Assembly (NCBI GenBank): GCA_963785755.1
Contig: CAWAXG010000068.1
Coordinates: 46,594-110,593 of the forward strand
DNA: 64,000 nucleotides
Source: an uncultured Acidobacteriota bacterium
GTDB taxonomy: Bacteria; Acidobacteriota; Vicinamibacteria; Vicinamibacterales; 2-12-FULL-66-21
Reading direction: 5' to 3'
Part shown: in pieces, positions 40,022-50,111 of the stretch
Position numbering within the stretch: the stretch's first letter is position 1
Layout: each line of letters begins with the position of its first letter
Program-made: the position numbers and the translations under genes
The notes under the pieces: model-generated
The model's database searches: none
What the model saw: the letters and a program-made list of their open reading frames with translations, nothing else
What the model was told of the DNA's origin: nothing

Positions 40022-40910
40022 TCTGCACCTGTTCCCGCATCTTCTCGAGTTCCGCCTTCAGCGTGACGATCAGCTCCGACACCGCCGGTCCCTCGGCCTT
40101 CGAGCCGGTCGTGTTCACTTCCCGGTTCATTTCCTGCAGCAGAAAGTCCAGCTTCCGGCCGCACGGTTCCGGCGAGTCGGTCAGCGCCTGCCAGTGTTCC
40201 AGGTGCCCCCTGAACCGGACCACCTCTTCCGTGATATCGGATCGGCCGACGAACCGCGCAATCTCCTGCGCCACCAGCGTTTCGTCCACCATCGCATCCG
40301 CCCGCAGCTCGCGGACGCGATCGCCGAGCCGGACGCGGAGCGTCTCGAGCGCCTGCTCCGCGCAGGCGGCAACCTTGTCGAACAGCTCCGCCAGCAGCCT
40401 CCGCCGCGCATCGAGCTCGGCGCGCAAGAAGCCGCCTTCGCGGGACCGCATCGCATCCAGATCGTCGAGCGCGGCTCCCAGTGCTTCCTCTACCCGCGAT
40501 ATCAGGCGAGCCGTCTGCTCGTCATCGCCGCCGCGCTCCTCCACTTTCTCGCGGATGGCCAGCGCCTGCGGAAAGCGCAGGAGGTCGCCGGGTGTCATCG
40601 TGCCCTGGATGTGCCCCTGCTCGCGCGCGCGGTCGAGAGCCGCACCCAACGCCTGCAGAAACGGCTCGTTCAGCTCGACCTCCAGGCCTGGGACCCGGCG
40701 CTGTTGAACCGTGACCGTCACTTCGACCCGGCCCCGCGCGACACGCTGCTGGACGAGCGACCGGAGCTTCGACTCGACCGGCGCCAGCATCTGCGGCAAC
40801 CGCAACTGCAGGTCCAGAAACCGGTGATTCACCGCACGGATGGTGACCCCGATGGTCGCCGCGTCGTCATCACGCGTCAGCGACGAGAAGCCGGTCATGC
40901 TCTTGATCAT
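40011..40910 (-). CDS. yicC: YicC-family stress-induced protein
   Basis: MIKSMTGF start (ATG 40910). SVNHRFLD-like AVNHRFLDLQLRLP. C-terminal EMNREVNTTGSKA and EKMREQVQNVE. Confidence 0.9.
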   Translation of the reverse strand: MIKSMTGFSSLTRDDDAATIGVTIRAVNHRFLDLQLRLPQMLAPVESKLRSLVQQRVARGRVEVTVTVQQRRVPGLEVELNEPFLQALGAALDRAREQGHIQGTMTPGDLLRFPQALAIREKVEERGGDDEQTARLISRVEEALGAALDDLDAMRSREGGFLRAELDARRRLLAELFDKVAACAEQALETLRVRLGDRVRELRADAMVDETLVAQEIARFVGRSDITEEVVRFRGHLEHWQALTDSPEPCGRKLDFLLQEMNREVNTTGSKAEGPAVSELIVTLKAELEKMREQVQNVE

Positions 40911-40929
40911 GCGTCGTGTGCGTTCCTGC

Positions 40930-42702
40930 CTACTTGACCGGCGCCGGCGCTTCCGGTTCTCGCTCGAATTTCTGCCTCGCGTACAGCTTCCCATAGACGC
41001 TGTCCGGATTCGCGAGCAGCTCGTCATGGCGTCCGATCTCCGCCACCCGCCCGCGTTCCAGTGCAACCACCACGTCGGCCCGGCGGACCGTCGAGAGCCG
41101 ATGGGCGATGACGAACGCGGTGCGGTTCCGCATCAGATTCGCGAGCGCGTCCTGAACCAGCTGCTCGGACTCGGCGTCCAGCGCGGACGTCGCCTCGTCC
41201 AGGATCAGAATCGGCGAGTTCTTGAGCAGCGCGCGGGCGATCGCGAGGCGCTGCCGCTGCCCGCCCGACAGCTTCTGGCCGCGCTCGCCGATTCGCGTTT
41301 CGTAGCCGTGCGGCTGTTGAAGGATGAACTCGTGCGCGTGAGCCGCGCACGCCGCCGCCTCGATCTCCCGGCTCGAGGCGGCCGGGGATCCGTAGGCGAT
41401 GTTGAGCGCGATGGTGTCGTCGAACAGCACCGTTTCCTGAGTGACGATCCCGACCTGCGCCCGAAGCGAACGCAGCGTGACGTCGCGGATGTCGACGTCG
41501 TCGATCAGCACCGCGCCCGAGGTCACGTCGTAGAAGCGCGGAATGAGGTTGACCAGCGTGGTCTTGCCGGCGCCGCTCAGGCCGACGATGGCCACGACCT
41601 GCCCGGCTCCGACACGGAACGAAACGTCGCGCAGAATCGGCGTCGCCGCGTCGTCGTCGTAGGCAAACGCCACGTTTCGGAACTCGACGCTCCGGCGAAC
41701 GGGCGCCAGCGCCGCCGCGCCTTCACGCTCCTTGACCTCGGTATGCCGATCGAGGAGGTGAAAGATACGCTCCGAGGCCGCCATCGCCTGCTGGAGGTTC
41801 GTGTTGACGCGGCTCAGCTTCTTGATCGGCGTGTACATCATGAACGCCGCGAAGATGAACGCAAGGAAGACCCCCTGCGACGTCTCGCCGCCGGAGATGC
41901 GCGTGCTCCCGTACCAGATCAGCGCGACGACCGCGAGGCCACCGAGAAACTCCATCAGCGGCGGCAGCAGCGCGACGGTGCTCGTGATCTTGAGGTTCGT
42001 GCGATACAGCAGCTCCGCGGCGCTCGCGAACCGGCGGCTCTCGTGCGCCTCGGTGCCGAAGCCCTTGACGATGCGGTGGCCGGTGAACGCCTCGGCCGCG
42101 AGGTGCGAAAGGTGCTCGAGCTGCTCCTGGCTCCTCCGGGTGCTGCGGCGGACCCGCTGGCCGAGCCGTACCAGCGGATAGACCACGATGGGCGCGCCAG
42201 TCACGAACACCAGGGCGAGGTTGTGATCCCAATAGAACAACAGAGAGGCGTATCCGAAGAGCGCGAGACCCTCGCGCAGGAGATCGCCGGCCGTCTCGGA
42301 TACCGCCTGTTGAACCTGGGACACGTCGTTGGTGATTCGCGACATCAGCTGCCCGGTGGAACGGCGGCTGAAGAACGCGGCCGACTGATCGAGGATGTGC
42401 TTGAACAGCTGGTTGCGAAGGTCGCGCACCACGCGCTGACCGATGTCGGTCATCAGGTAAGCCGACAGATACGCGCCGAGCCCTTTGCCCAGATACGCAA
42501 TCAGCACCGCCACCGACCAGAACATCAGATCCTGAGGCAGCGTCGGGGACTGGGTCGGCTGCAGGCCGTCGTCGATGATCGGCTTGATCAGGAATGCCAC
42601 GCCTGCGGATGCGACGGCATACAACAGCATCGCCAGGAAGGCGACGGCGAACCGTCCCTTGTAGCGGCTGGTGTAGCCGAGCAGGCGAGGAAGCGGATTC
42701 AC
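40930..42702 (-). CDS. ABC transporter, fused permease/ATPase (MsbA-like lipid/polysaccharide exporter)
   Basis: Six-TM N-terminal domain. Walker A GLSGAGKTT, signature LSGGQRQR, Walker B ILILDEATSALD. Confidence 0.9.
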   Translation of the reverse strand: MNPLPRLLGYTSRYKGRFAVAFLAMLLYAVASAGVAFLIKPIIDDGLQPTQSPTLPQDLMFWSVAVLIAYLGKGLGAYLSAYLMTDIGQRVVRDLRNQLFKHILDQSAAFFSRRSTGQLMSRITNDVSQVQQAVSETAGDLLREGLALFGYASLLFYWDHNLALVFVTGAPIVVYPLVRLGQRVRRSTRRSQEQLEHLSHLAAEAFTGHRIVKGFGTEAHESRRFASAAELLYRTNLKITSTVALLPPLMEFLGGLAVVALIWYGSTRISGGETSQGVFLAFIFAAFMMYTPIKKLSRVNTNLQQAMAASERIFHLLDRHTEVKEREGAAALAPVRRSVEFRNVAFAYDDDAATPILRDVSFRVGAGQVVAIVGLSGAGKTTLVNLIPRFYDVTSGAVLIDDVDIRDVTLRSLRAQVGIVTQETVLFDDTIALNIAYGSPAASSREIEAAACAAHAHEFILQQPHGYETRIGERGQKLSGGQRQRLAIARALLKNSPILILDEATSALDAESEQLVQDALANLMRNRTAFVIAHRLSTVRRADVVVALERGRVAEIGRHDELLANPDSVYGKLYARQKFEREPEAPAPVK

Positions 42703-43409
42703 TCGGTAAACCGGAACTTGAGCAGAACCCAGAGCGCGACGAATCCATCCAGCCAGGTGATCTTCTTGCCCTCGTCGTAGCCGCGGCCGTCGTAGGTGAT
42801 CGGCACCTCGTAGACGCGATAGTGGCGCTTGAAGATCTTCGCCGTCAGCTCGGGCTCGATGCCGAATCCGTTGGCCTCGAGCGTCATCGAGCGAAGCACC
42901 TCCGTCCGCATGACCTTGTAGCAGGTCTCCATGTCGGACAGCATGGTGTTGTAGAGGATGTTGGTGACCAGCGTCAGGAACCGGTTGCCGGCGTAATGGG
43001 TGAACATGAACACCCGATGCCGGCCGAGGAAGCGCGAGCCGTAGACGACATCGGCGCGTCCTTCGCAGATCAGTTCGATGAGCTGGGGAAACTCCTCCGG
43101 CGAGTACTCGAGGTCGGCGTCCTGGATGACCACGATATCGCCGGTCACTTCCTGAAAGCCCCGCCGGAGCGCCGCTCCCTTGCCGCCGTTCTGGGTCTGG
43201 AAGAACAGCTTGAACTTCAGCTCCTCGGCAAGCTTCGACAGGATGTCCCGCGTGCCGTCTTTCGAGCCGTCGTCGACGACGATGAGCTCGGTTCTAATCG
43301 GGACGGCCAGCACGCGCCGGATGATCTCTTCGATTGTCGTGCGCTCGTTGTAGCAGGGCATCACGACCGACAGCAGCGGATCGGTCAACTGGCCGCGCAA
43401 CCGTGACAT
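42699..43409 (-). CDS. Family-2 glycosyltransferase (polyprenol-phosphate glycosyltransferase-like)
   Basis: LSVVMPCYNE, VVDDGSKDGT and IQDADLEY motifs. The stop overlaps the ABC gene start. Confidence 0.88.
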   Translation of the reverse strand: MSRLRGQLTDPLLSVVMPCYNERTTIEEIIRRVLAVPIRTELIVVDDGSKDGTRDILSKLAEELKFKLFFQTQNGGKGAALRRGFQEVTGDIVVIQDADLEYSPEEFPQLIELICEGRADVVYGSRFLGRHRVFMFTHYAGNRFLTLVTNILYNTMLSDMETCYKVMRTEVLRSMTLEANGFGIEPELTAKIFKRHYRVYEVPITYDGRGYDEGKKITWLDGFVALWVLLKFRFTE

Positions 43410-44423
43410 CTACGCATTCACCTTTGCTGAGTAGCCTTCGGGATGGCGCTCACGCCAGCGCCACGCCGTTTCGACGATCGTGTCGAGATCCTCGTACCGC
43501 GGCGACCATCCGAGCTCGCGCCGGATGCGTTCGCTCGACGCGAACAGGATGGCCGGGTCTCCTTCACGCCTCGGACCAGCCGTGTACGGCACCTTCCCCC
43601 CGTCACCCGTTCCACCGAATCGAGGATCGCGCGAACGGACGTCGGCCGGCCGTTGCCCAGGTTGTACACCGTCGTGGCCGCGCCAGCCCGGAGCCCGTTC
43701 AATGCCGCCAGGTGGGCCGCCGCCAGATCGGTGACGTGCACGTAGTCCCGCAGGCACGTGCCGTCCGGCGTGGCGTAATCTTCTCCGAAGACCTCGAAGC
43801 TGTCACGGCCGAGTGCGGCATCGATCGCTCGCGGGATGACGTGCCCTTCGGGAGTGTGATCCTCGCCGAGCACGCCGTCCGGATCCGCCCCGGCAGCATT
43901 GAAATAGCGCAACGATATCGAATGGAGGCCGTAGGCCCTCGCATAGTGCGCGAGCGCACGCTCGACGGCCAGTTTGGTGTCGCCGTACGGATTGATGGGA
44001 GTGGTCGGATGGTCTTCCGTGATGGGAGTGGCCAGCGCGATTCCCGAAAACGGCCGCGGTCGACGAAAACACCAGGTGCTTCGCCCCGCCGGCGAGCATC
44101 GCATCCAGCACCGACAACGAGCCCTGGACATTGTTCCGGTAGTAGGCGGCAGGATTCCGGACCGATTCGCCGACCGACAGAGACGCGGCGAAGTGCATGA
44201 CCGCATCGACGCCATGGGCGCGAATCGTGTCCAGGAGGCGCTTGGTATCCAGCACATCTCCTTCGACGACCCGCGCATCGGCGCCGCCGGCACGCTGCGC
44301 GGCTTCGCGATGCCCGGCCGAGAGGTTGTCGTAAACCACAACCGGGTGGCCGGCCTCGACCAGGGCCTTTACTGCGTGACTGCCGATGTAGCCTGCGCCA
44401 CCGGTGACCAGGACAGCGCTCAC
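43410..44423 (-). pseudogene. galE: UDP-glucose 4-epimerase, interrupted by two frameshifts
   Basis: Three frame pieces. (1) The GTG 44423 piece: VLVTGGAGYIGSH...STAAVFG. (2) The middle piece: TPITEDHPTTPINPYGDTKLAVE...LRYFNAAGADP...NLGNG. (3) The C-terminal piece: [30 protein letters not shown]. Junctions lie at about 44030-44050 (GGG run) and 43596-43601 (G6/C6 run). Confidence 0.88.
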
Positions 44424-45718
44424 GGCCGCCCCATCGAGTAATACGTGAACCCGTGCGAGCGGATCTGATCGGGATTGTAGATGTTGCGTCCGTCGAAGAT
44501 GATGGGGCCGCGCATGAGCTTTCGCATACGCGCGTGATCGGGTTCGCGGAATTCGTTCCACTCGGTCACGATCACGAGGGCATCGGCGCCAGTCAGCGCG
44601 GCATAGCTGTTGTTCGCGAAGGTGATGTCGGAGCCGAAGATCGTCTTTGCGACTTTCATGGCTTCGGGATCGTAGGCCTGCACGGTCGCCCCGGCGGCCA
44701 GCAGTCCTTTGATGAGCGGCACCGACGGAGCTTCGCGCATGTCATCGGTGCGCGGCTTGAACGCGAGCCCCCACACGGCGATCCGCTTCCCCTTCAGCGA
44801 TCCGAAATGCGTCTTCAACTTCTCGAGGAGCCGCAGTTTCTGCCGGTCGTTGACCGATTCGACGGCCTGCAGAATCTTGAAGTCATAGCTCCTGGTGGCC
44901 GCGAACTGCAGCATCGCCTTCACGTCCTTGGGAAAGCAGCTGCCGCCGTAGCCGACGCCCGGGAATAGGAACGACGGACCGATCCGGCGATCGGAGGCCA
45001 CCGCACGGCGGACCTGATCGACGTTGGCGCCAACCGCTTCGCAGACATTCGCGACTTCGTTCATGAACGAGATCCGGGTCGCCAGCATGGCGTTCGCGGC
45101 GTACTTGCACAGCTCCGCGCTGGCGCAGTCCATCAGCATGATTGGCGCGCCGGTCCGTGTGAATGGGGAATAGAGCTCCTGCATCAGCTCCGCCGCCCGG
45201 GGATCCTCGGCGCCGATCACCACGCGATCCGGCTTCATGAAATCGTCGATGGCGGCGCCCTGCTTCAGGAACTCGGGGTTGCTGACGACACTGAAGGGGT
45301 GCGTTGTCTCGCGGCGGACGACTTCCCGCACCTTGGCGGCCGTGCCGACAGGGACCGTGCTCTTGTTGACGATGACCTTGTAGCCATTCATCGCCCGGGC
45401 CAGGTCGCGAGCCACTCCCATGACGTGCTGCAAATCGGCGGAACCGTCCTCGCCGGTCGGGGTTCCCACGGCGATGAAAATGATCTGGGAGCTGCGGACG
45501 CCGCGATCGAGGGCGGTCGTGAAGGTGAGGCGCTTTTCGGCGGTGTTACGGCGGACCAGCTCCTCGAGTCCCGGCTCGTAAATCGGAATCTTGCCGCGCT
45601 GCAGCGCGCGGACCTTGGCTGGCTCCTTGTCCACGCAGATGACCGTGTTGCCGTTCTCCGCCAGGCAGGCCCCTGCCACGAGCCCGACATATCCGCTTCC
45701 CACCACCGCGATTTTCAT
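44420..45718 (-). CDS. ugd: UDP-glucose 6-dehydrogenase
   Basis: MKIAVVGSGYVGLV Rossmann motif. Catalytic GGSCFPKD. GTGA overlap with the galE start. Confidence 0.95.
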   Translation of the reverse strand: MKIAVVGSGYVGLVAGACLAENGNTVICVDKEPAKVRALQRGKIPIYEPGLEELVRRNTAEKRLTFTTALDRGVRSSQIIFIAVGTPTGEDGSADLQHVMGVARDLARAMNGYKVIVNKSTVPVGTAAKVREVVRRETTHPFSVVSNPEFLKQGAAIDDFMKPDRVVIGAEDPRAAELMQELYSPFTRTGAPIMLMDCASAELCKYAANAMLATRISFMNEVANVCEAVGANVDQVRRAVASDRRIGPSFLFPGVGYGGSCFPKDVKAMLQFAATRSYDFKILQAVESVNDRQKLRLLEKLKTHFGSLKGKRIAVWGLAFKPRTDDMREAPSVPLIKGLLAAGATVQAYDPEAMKVAKTIFGSDITFANNSYAALTGADALVIVTEWNEFREPDHARMRKLMRGPIIFDGRNIYNPDQIRSHGFTYYSMGRP

Positions 45719-45850
45719 TCGTGCCGTCTCTCCCCAGTGTGCAAATCCTTAAAACTAGCACAGCAGCAAAAACATAGTCAAGCTATTGAAGAGCAAGGAG
45801 TTGCCGTCGTCCCGCGGAGCTCAGGACCACTGTGGTACGATGCCCGCCGC

Positions 45851-46969
45851 GTGCGGATCCTGCTCGATTATCGGCCCGCTCTCAGGGAGCGCACCGGCGT
45901 CGGCCAGTACGTGCACGAAATCGCGACCGCGCTGCAGCCCCTGCTGTCCGCGGAGGACTCGCTCGTCCTCTTCTCCAGCTCCTGGAAGGATCGGCTCGGG
46001 ACCAATTCGGTGAGCGGCGCCGTCCAGGTCGACGCGCGAATCCCCGTCAGGACGTTGAACTTCGCCTGGCACCGGTTCGAGTGGCCGCCGGTTGACCTGA
46101 TCGCCGGTCCGGTGGACGTCGCGCACTCCTTCCATCCGCTGATGATGCCCGCCCGGGGTGCGGCCAGGGTAATCACCATCCACGACCTCGACTTCCTGGA
46201 CCACCCCGACCGGACGCGGGCTGAAATCCGGCGTGACTATGGCCGGCTCGCGGCGATCCACTCGGCGCGCGCCAATCTCGTCGTCGTGAATTCCCACTAC
46301 ACCGCTGGCAGCGTCGAAGCTCGTCTGGGCGTTGCCCGAGATCGGCTGGTCGTCTGCAGGCCGGGCGCGCCGGCCACGTGGGTTCCGCGTGACCCGCCCA
46401 ACGTCACCGGGCCCCTGCTGTTCGTGGGCACGATTGAGCCGCGAAAGAACCTGCCGGTGCTCTTCTCGGCGTTCGAACGACTGGTCCAGGTGAGACCCGG
46501 CACCCCGCCGCTCATTCTCGCCGGCAAGACCGTCGAGCAATCGAAGGCGATCCTCGACATCATCGGCACACGCCCCACGCTGGCCGCCAATGTTCGATAC
46601 CTGGGATACGTCAGCGACGAGGAGCGGATCAGTCTCTACCGCGAAGCTTCCATGCTCATCCTGCCTTCGCTCGAGGAAGGATTCGGCATGACCGCACTCG
46701 AGGCGATGCACATGGGCCTCCCGGTCGTGGCATCGAACCGCGGCGCACTCCCCGAGGTGCTGGGCAATGCCGGCACCCTCGTCGACCCATCGAACCCCGA
46801 AGCGCTGGCGGCAGCGATCGCCGAGCTGCTCGACAATCCCGCCATGCGAGGAGCGCGCGCGGAGACGGGACGCGTTCGCGCGAGCCAGTTCACGTGGGCT
46901 TCGAGCGCGGGTCACCTGCTCGAGGGCTACCGACGGGTCCTGTCGCGGCGGACCGAGGTGGCGTGCTGA
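45851..46969 (+). CDS. Family-4 (GT-B) glycosyltransferase
   Basis: VRILLDYRP N-terminus (GTG 45851). C-terminal EEGFGMTALEAMHMGLPVVAS motif (E-x7-E type). Confidence 0.85.
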   Translation: MRILLDYRPALRERTGVGQYVHEIATALQPLLSAEDSLVLFSSSWKDRLGTNSVSGAVQVDARIPVRTLNFAWHRFEWPPVDLIAGPVDVAHSFHPLMMPARGAARVITIHDLDFLDHPDRTRAEIRRDYGRLAAIHSARANLVVVNSHYTAGSVEARLGVARDRLVVCRPGAPATWVPRDPPNVTGPLLFVGTIEPRKNLPVLFSAFERLVQVRPGTPPLILAGKTVEQSKAILDIIGTRPTLAANVRYLGYVSDEERISLYREASMLILPSLEEGFGMTALEAMHMGLPVVASNRGALPEVLGNAGTLVDPSNPEALAAAIAELLDNPAMRGARAETGRVRASQFTWASSAGHLLEGYRRVLSRRTEVAC

Positions 46970-48051
46970 GAATCGGGGTCGATGCGCGTGAGGTCCTCGG
47001 CGATGCGACAGGTGTCGGCCGGTATCTCGGCGAACTGCTGCGCCGCTGGACTGCGCGATCGGATGCGGCCACCCGCCGCTTCGTGCTCTACAGCCCTGAA
47101 CCGATCCCGCTCGCCCTTCCCGCGACCGCCGTCGAGCATCGGATAATCACCGGCGGCCGCGGCACCTGGTGGGAACAGACGGCGCTCCGGCGAGCCGTCC
47201 GACGCGATCCGCTCGATGTCTTCTTCGCGCCGGCGTACACCGCGCCTCTGGGCCTGAGCGTTCCGCTTGCCGTCACCATTCACGACGTGTCGTTTCACGC
47301 GCATCCGGAATGGTTCCGTTTTCGCGAAGGGCTGCGGCGGCGCTGGCTGACGTCGCGCGCGGCCTCGACCGCGGCGACCATCTTCACGGACTCGCTGTTC
47401 TCGCGGGACGAGATCGAGGCTCACCTGCGCGTCCCCCGTTCGCGCATCCAGGTCATTCCACCGGGGCTCAGCCCGCGCCACCTGCAGGCTCCAGCGGCAG
47501 CGCGGCGCGAGCGCCTCGTGCTGTTCGTGGGTTCGATCTTCAACCGGCGGCGGGTACCGCAGCTGATCGAGGCATTCGCACGGGCGACGGCGAACATGAG
47601 CGATGCGCGGCTGGTCATCGTTGGCGACAACCGGACCTGGCCGCCGCAGGATCTCGCCGCGGTGATCGAGCGGCACGGCGCGGCGGGCCGTGTGGATCTC
47701 CTCAACTATGTAGACGACGGGCAGCTGGCATCGCTGTACTCGCGGGCCGCGGTGTTCGCGTTCCTCTCGGAGTACGAGGGATTCGGGTTGACGCCGCTCG
47801 AGGCTCTCGCCGCCGGCGTCCCGATTGTCGTCCTGGATACGCCGGTGGCGCGGGAGGTGTACGGACCAGCGGCCCAGTACGTCGCGGCAGCCGACATGGA
47901 CGGAACGGCGCAGGCGCTGCGTTCGCATCTGAGCAGTCCGGACGAGGCCGCTTCCAGGATGGCCGAGGCCCGAGCGGTGCTGGCACGGTTCTCGTGGGAA
48001 CACGCCGCGGAAAAGACCTTGAGCGAGCTCGAGCGGATCGCACGGCGATGA
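46963..48051 (+). CDS. Family-4 (GT-B) glycosyltransferase
   Basis: GTG 46963 overlaps the upstream stop. LRIGVDAREV N-terminus. YEGFGLTPLEALAAGVPIVV. Confidence 0.85.
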   Translation: MLRIGVDAREVLGDATGVGRYLGELLRRWTARSDAATRRFVLYSPEPIPLALPATAVEHRIITGGRGTWWEQTALRRAVRRDPLDVFFAPAYTAPLGLSVPLAVTIHDVSFHAHPEWFRFREGLRRRWLTSRAASTAATIFTDSLFSRDEIEAHLRVPRSRIQVIPPGLSPRHLQAPAAARRERLVLFVGSIFNRRRVPQLIEAFARATANMSDARLVIVGDNRTWPPQDLAAVIERHGAAGRVDLLNYVDDGQLASLYSRAAVFAFLSEYEGFGLTPLEALAAGVPIVVLDTPVAREVYGPAAQYVAAADMDGTAQALRSHLSSPDEAASRMAEARAVLARFSWEHAAEKTLSELERIARR

Positions 48052-48875
48052 CGGCACCCCAGCTGTCGATTGTCATCGTGAGCTTCAACACCCGGGACGA
48101 TCTCGAGCGCTGCCTCGAGTCGCTCACCACCAACCCTCCCGCCGTTCCCCACGACATCGTCGTGGTCGACAACGCGTCGCGCGACGGGAGCCCTGACGCC
48201 GTCAGAGCGCGCTGGCCGGCGATCCAGGTCCTCGTGCAGTCGCGCAACCTCGGATTCGCGGCCGCGAACAACATCGGCATTCGAGCCACCACTGGCGAGC
48301 TCGTGCTGCTGCTGAACAGCGACACGCTCGTCCGGCGGGGCGCGCTGGATACGCTGGTCGCGAGGCTGCGGGAACGGACGGAAGCGGGCGTCGCCGGACC
48401 GAGACTCGTCGACGCGGCCGGCCGGGTCGAGCTCTCGTTCGGCCCGATGATCTCTCCGGTCGCCGAACTGCGCCAGAAGCTCGTGATGCTGCTGCATCAG
48501 CGCCGCTTCGGTCCGGTCTCGAAGCGGGTCGAACGCGCCACCAGCACGGAACGGTTCGTCGACTGGGTGAGCGGCGCGGCGCTGCTGGTGCACCGCCGCG
48601 ACGCGGAAGCGGTTGGCCTGCTCGACGAACGATATTTTCTCTACACCGAGGACGTCGATTTCTGCGCGGCGATCCGCGCGCGCGGCCGGCGCGTGCTGTT
48701 CACGCCAGCCGCGACCATTACGCACCTCCGCGGCCGATCGCGCGCCACCGCGGCCGCGCCCATGAATGTGGCGTATCGGCGCAGCCAGATCACCTTCTAC
48801 GAGAAGCATCACCCGAGGTGGGCGAAATGGCTGCGCCGCTACCTGCGGGCTAAAGGACAACTGCCGCCGGACTGA
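48048..48875 (+). CDS. Family-2 glycosyltransferase
   Basis: ATG 48048 overlaps the upstream stop (ATGA). LSIVIVSFNTRDDL, VVDNASRDGS, LLNSDT and YTEDVDFC motifs. Confidence 0.88.
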   Translation: MTAPQLSIVIVSFNTRDDLERCLESLTTNPPAVPHDIVVVDNASRDGSPDAVRARWPAIQVLVQSRNLGFAAANNIGIRATTGELVLLLNSDTLVRRGALDTLVARLRERTEAGVAGPRLVDAAGRVELSFGPMISPVAELRQKLVMLLHQRRFGPVSKRVERATSTERFVDWVSGAALLVHRRDAEAVGLLDERYFLYTEDVDFCAAIRARGRRVLFTPAATITHLRGRSRATAAAPMNVAYRRSQITFYEKHHPRWAKWLRRYLRAKGQLPPD

Positions 48876-48934
48876 GCCGATCCCGGCGCGCAGCCACCGG
48901 AAGCCGTGCGGTTCATACGATAAGATTCGTCGAA

Positions 48935-50047
48935 GTGCGAATTGCCATCGATGCCCGCAAGCTGCGCGACTATGGGATCGGCACCTATATCCGCAACCTG
49001 CTGCGCCACCTCGCGCGTATAGACGACAAGACCGAATACGTCGTGCTGTGCCGCGAGGGAGATCGGGCGTTTGCGGCGGAGCTTGGCGAGAATTTCCGGG
49101 CGGTGCCGGAGCGCTCGCGCGGCTACTCGGTTCGCGAGCAGATTGCCGTTCCGATGGATCTGCGCCGCGAAGGTGCGGATCTGTTCCATGCGCCGCACTA
49201 CGTGCTGCCGCCGCTGACGCCGTGCCGGTCGGTCGTCACGATTCACGACTGCATCCACTTGAGATTTCCGCAGTATCTTCCGAACCGGCTCGGCTATGCT
49301 TACGCCCGCGCGGCGCTCTGGATCGCCGCCCACCGCTCTTCGCGCGTGCTGACGGTTTCGGAAGCGTCGAAGCGTGACATCCTCCGCTACTTCCACGTGC
49401 CGGACTCGAAGATCGTGGTCATTCACAACGCCATCGACGAGCGGTTCAACGAGGAGCCGCCCGCCGATGAGGTGATGCGGGTCCGCGAACGCTATCAGCT
49501 GAACGATCCGTTCGTCCTGTATGCCGGCAACATCAAGCCGCACAAGAACCTCGAGCGGCTGATCGAAGCGTTTCACACGATCCGACGCGGCGAGTTCGAG
49601 CACGTGAAGCTCCTGATCATCGGCGACGAGATCTCGAAGTACGCGGCGCTTCGCCGCACGGTGCACCGCTACAAGCTGCACAAGCACGTCCGGTTCTTCG
49701 GCTTCGTCCCCGACTCGACGCTGGCGATCCTGTACCGCCTGGCACGCGTTTTCGTGTTCCCCTCGTTATATGAAGGGTTCGGGCTGCCGCCGCTCGAAGC
49801 CATGGCGAGCGGTACGCCGGTCATCACCTCGAACGTCTCGTCGCTGCCCGAGGTCGTCGGCGATGCCGCCATGCTGATCGATCCGTACGAACCGGACGCG
49901 ATTGCCGGGGCCATGCGGCGGGTGCTGGCCGACGATCGGCTGCGTGACGACATGCGCGAGCGCGGCCTGGCCCGCGTTCGCGAGTTTTCGTGGGATCGAT
50001 CCGTCCGTCGCGTCCGCGAGATTTACGAAGAGGTGCTGGCCGAGTGA
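48935..50047 (+). CDS. Family-4 (GT-B) glycosyltransferase
   Basis: [11 protein letters not shown]-terminus (GTG start). [21 protein letters not shown]. Confidence 0.88.
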   Translation: MRIAIDARKLRDYGIGTYIRNLLRHLARIDDKTEYVVLCREGDRAFAAELGENFRAVPERSRGYSVREQIAVPMDLRREGADLFHAPHYVLPPLTPCRSVVTIHDCIHLRFPQYLPNRLGYAYARAALWIAAHRSSRVLTVSEASKRDILRYFHVPDSKIVVIHNAIDERFNEEPPADEVMRVRERYQLNDPFVLYAGNIKPHKNLERLIEAFHTIRRGEFEHVKLLIIGDEISKYAALRRTVHRYKLHKHVRFFGFVPDSTLAILYRLARVFVFPSLYEGFGLPPLEAMASGTPVITSNVSSLPEVVGDAAMLIDPYEPDAIAGAMRRVLADDRLRDDMRERGLARVREFSWDRSVRRVREIYEEVLAE

Positions 50048-50111
50048 GACCTCCAACCCGCCAGGACCGAACCGCTGCCCCGGCAGCCTGCCCGATTCCA
50101 CGTTCTGCAGC

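Noticed and set aside
43584-43587. GTAC about 10 nt from the second galE junction, considered as another member of the GGTAC-linked indel set.
   Set aside because: The frame change there is fully explained by a length error in the adjacent C6/G6 homopolymer (43596-43601). The GTAC is not flanked by GG/CC and lies outside the junction window.
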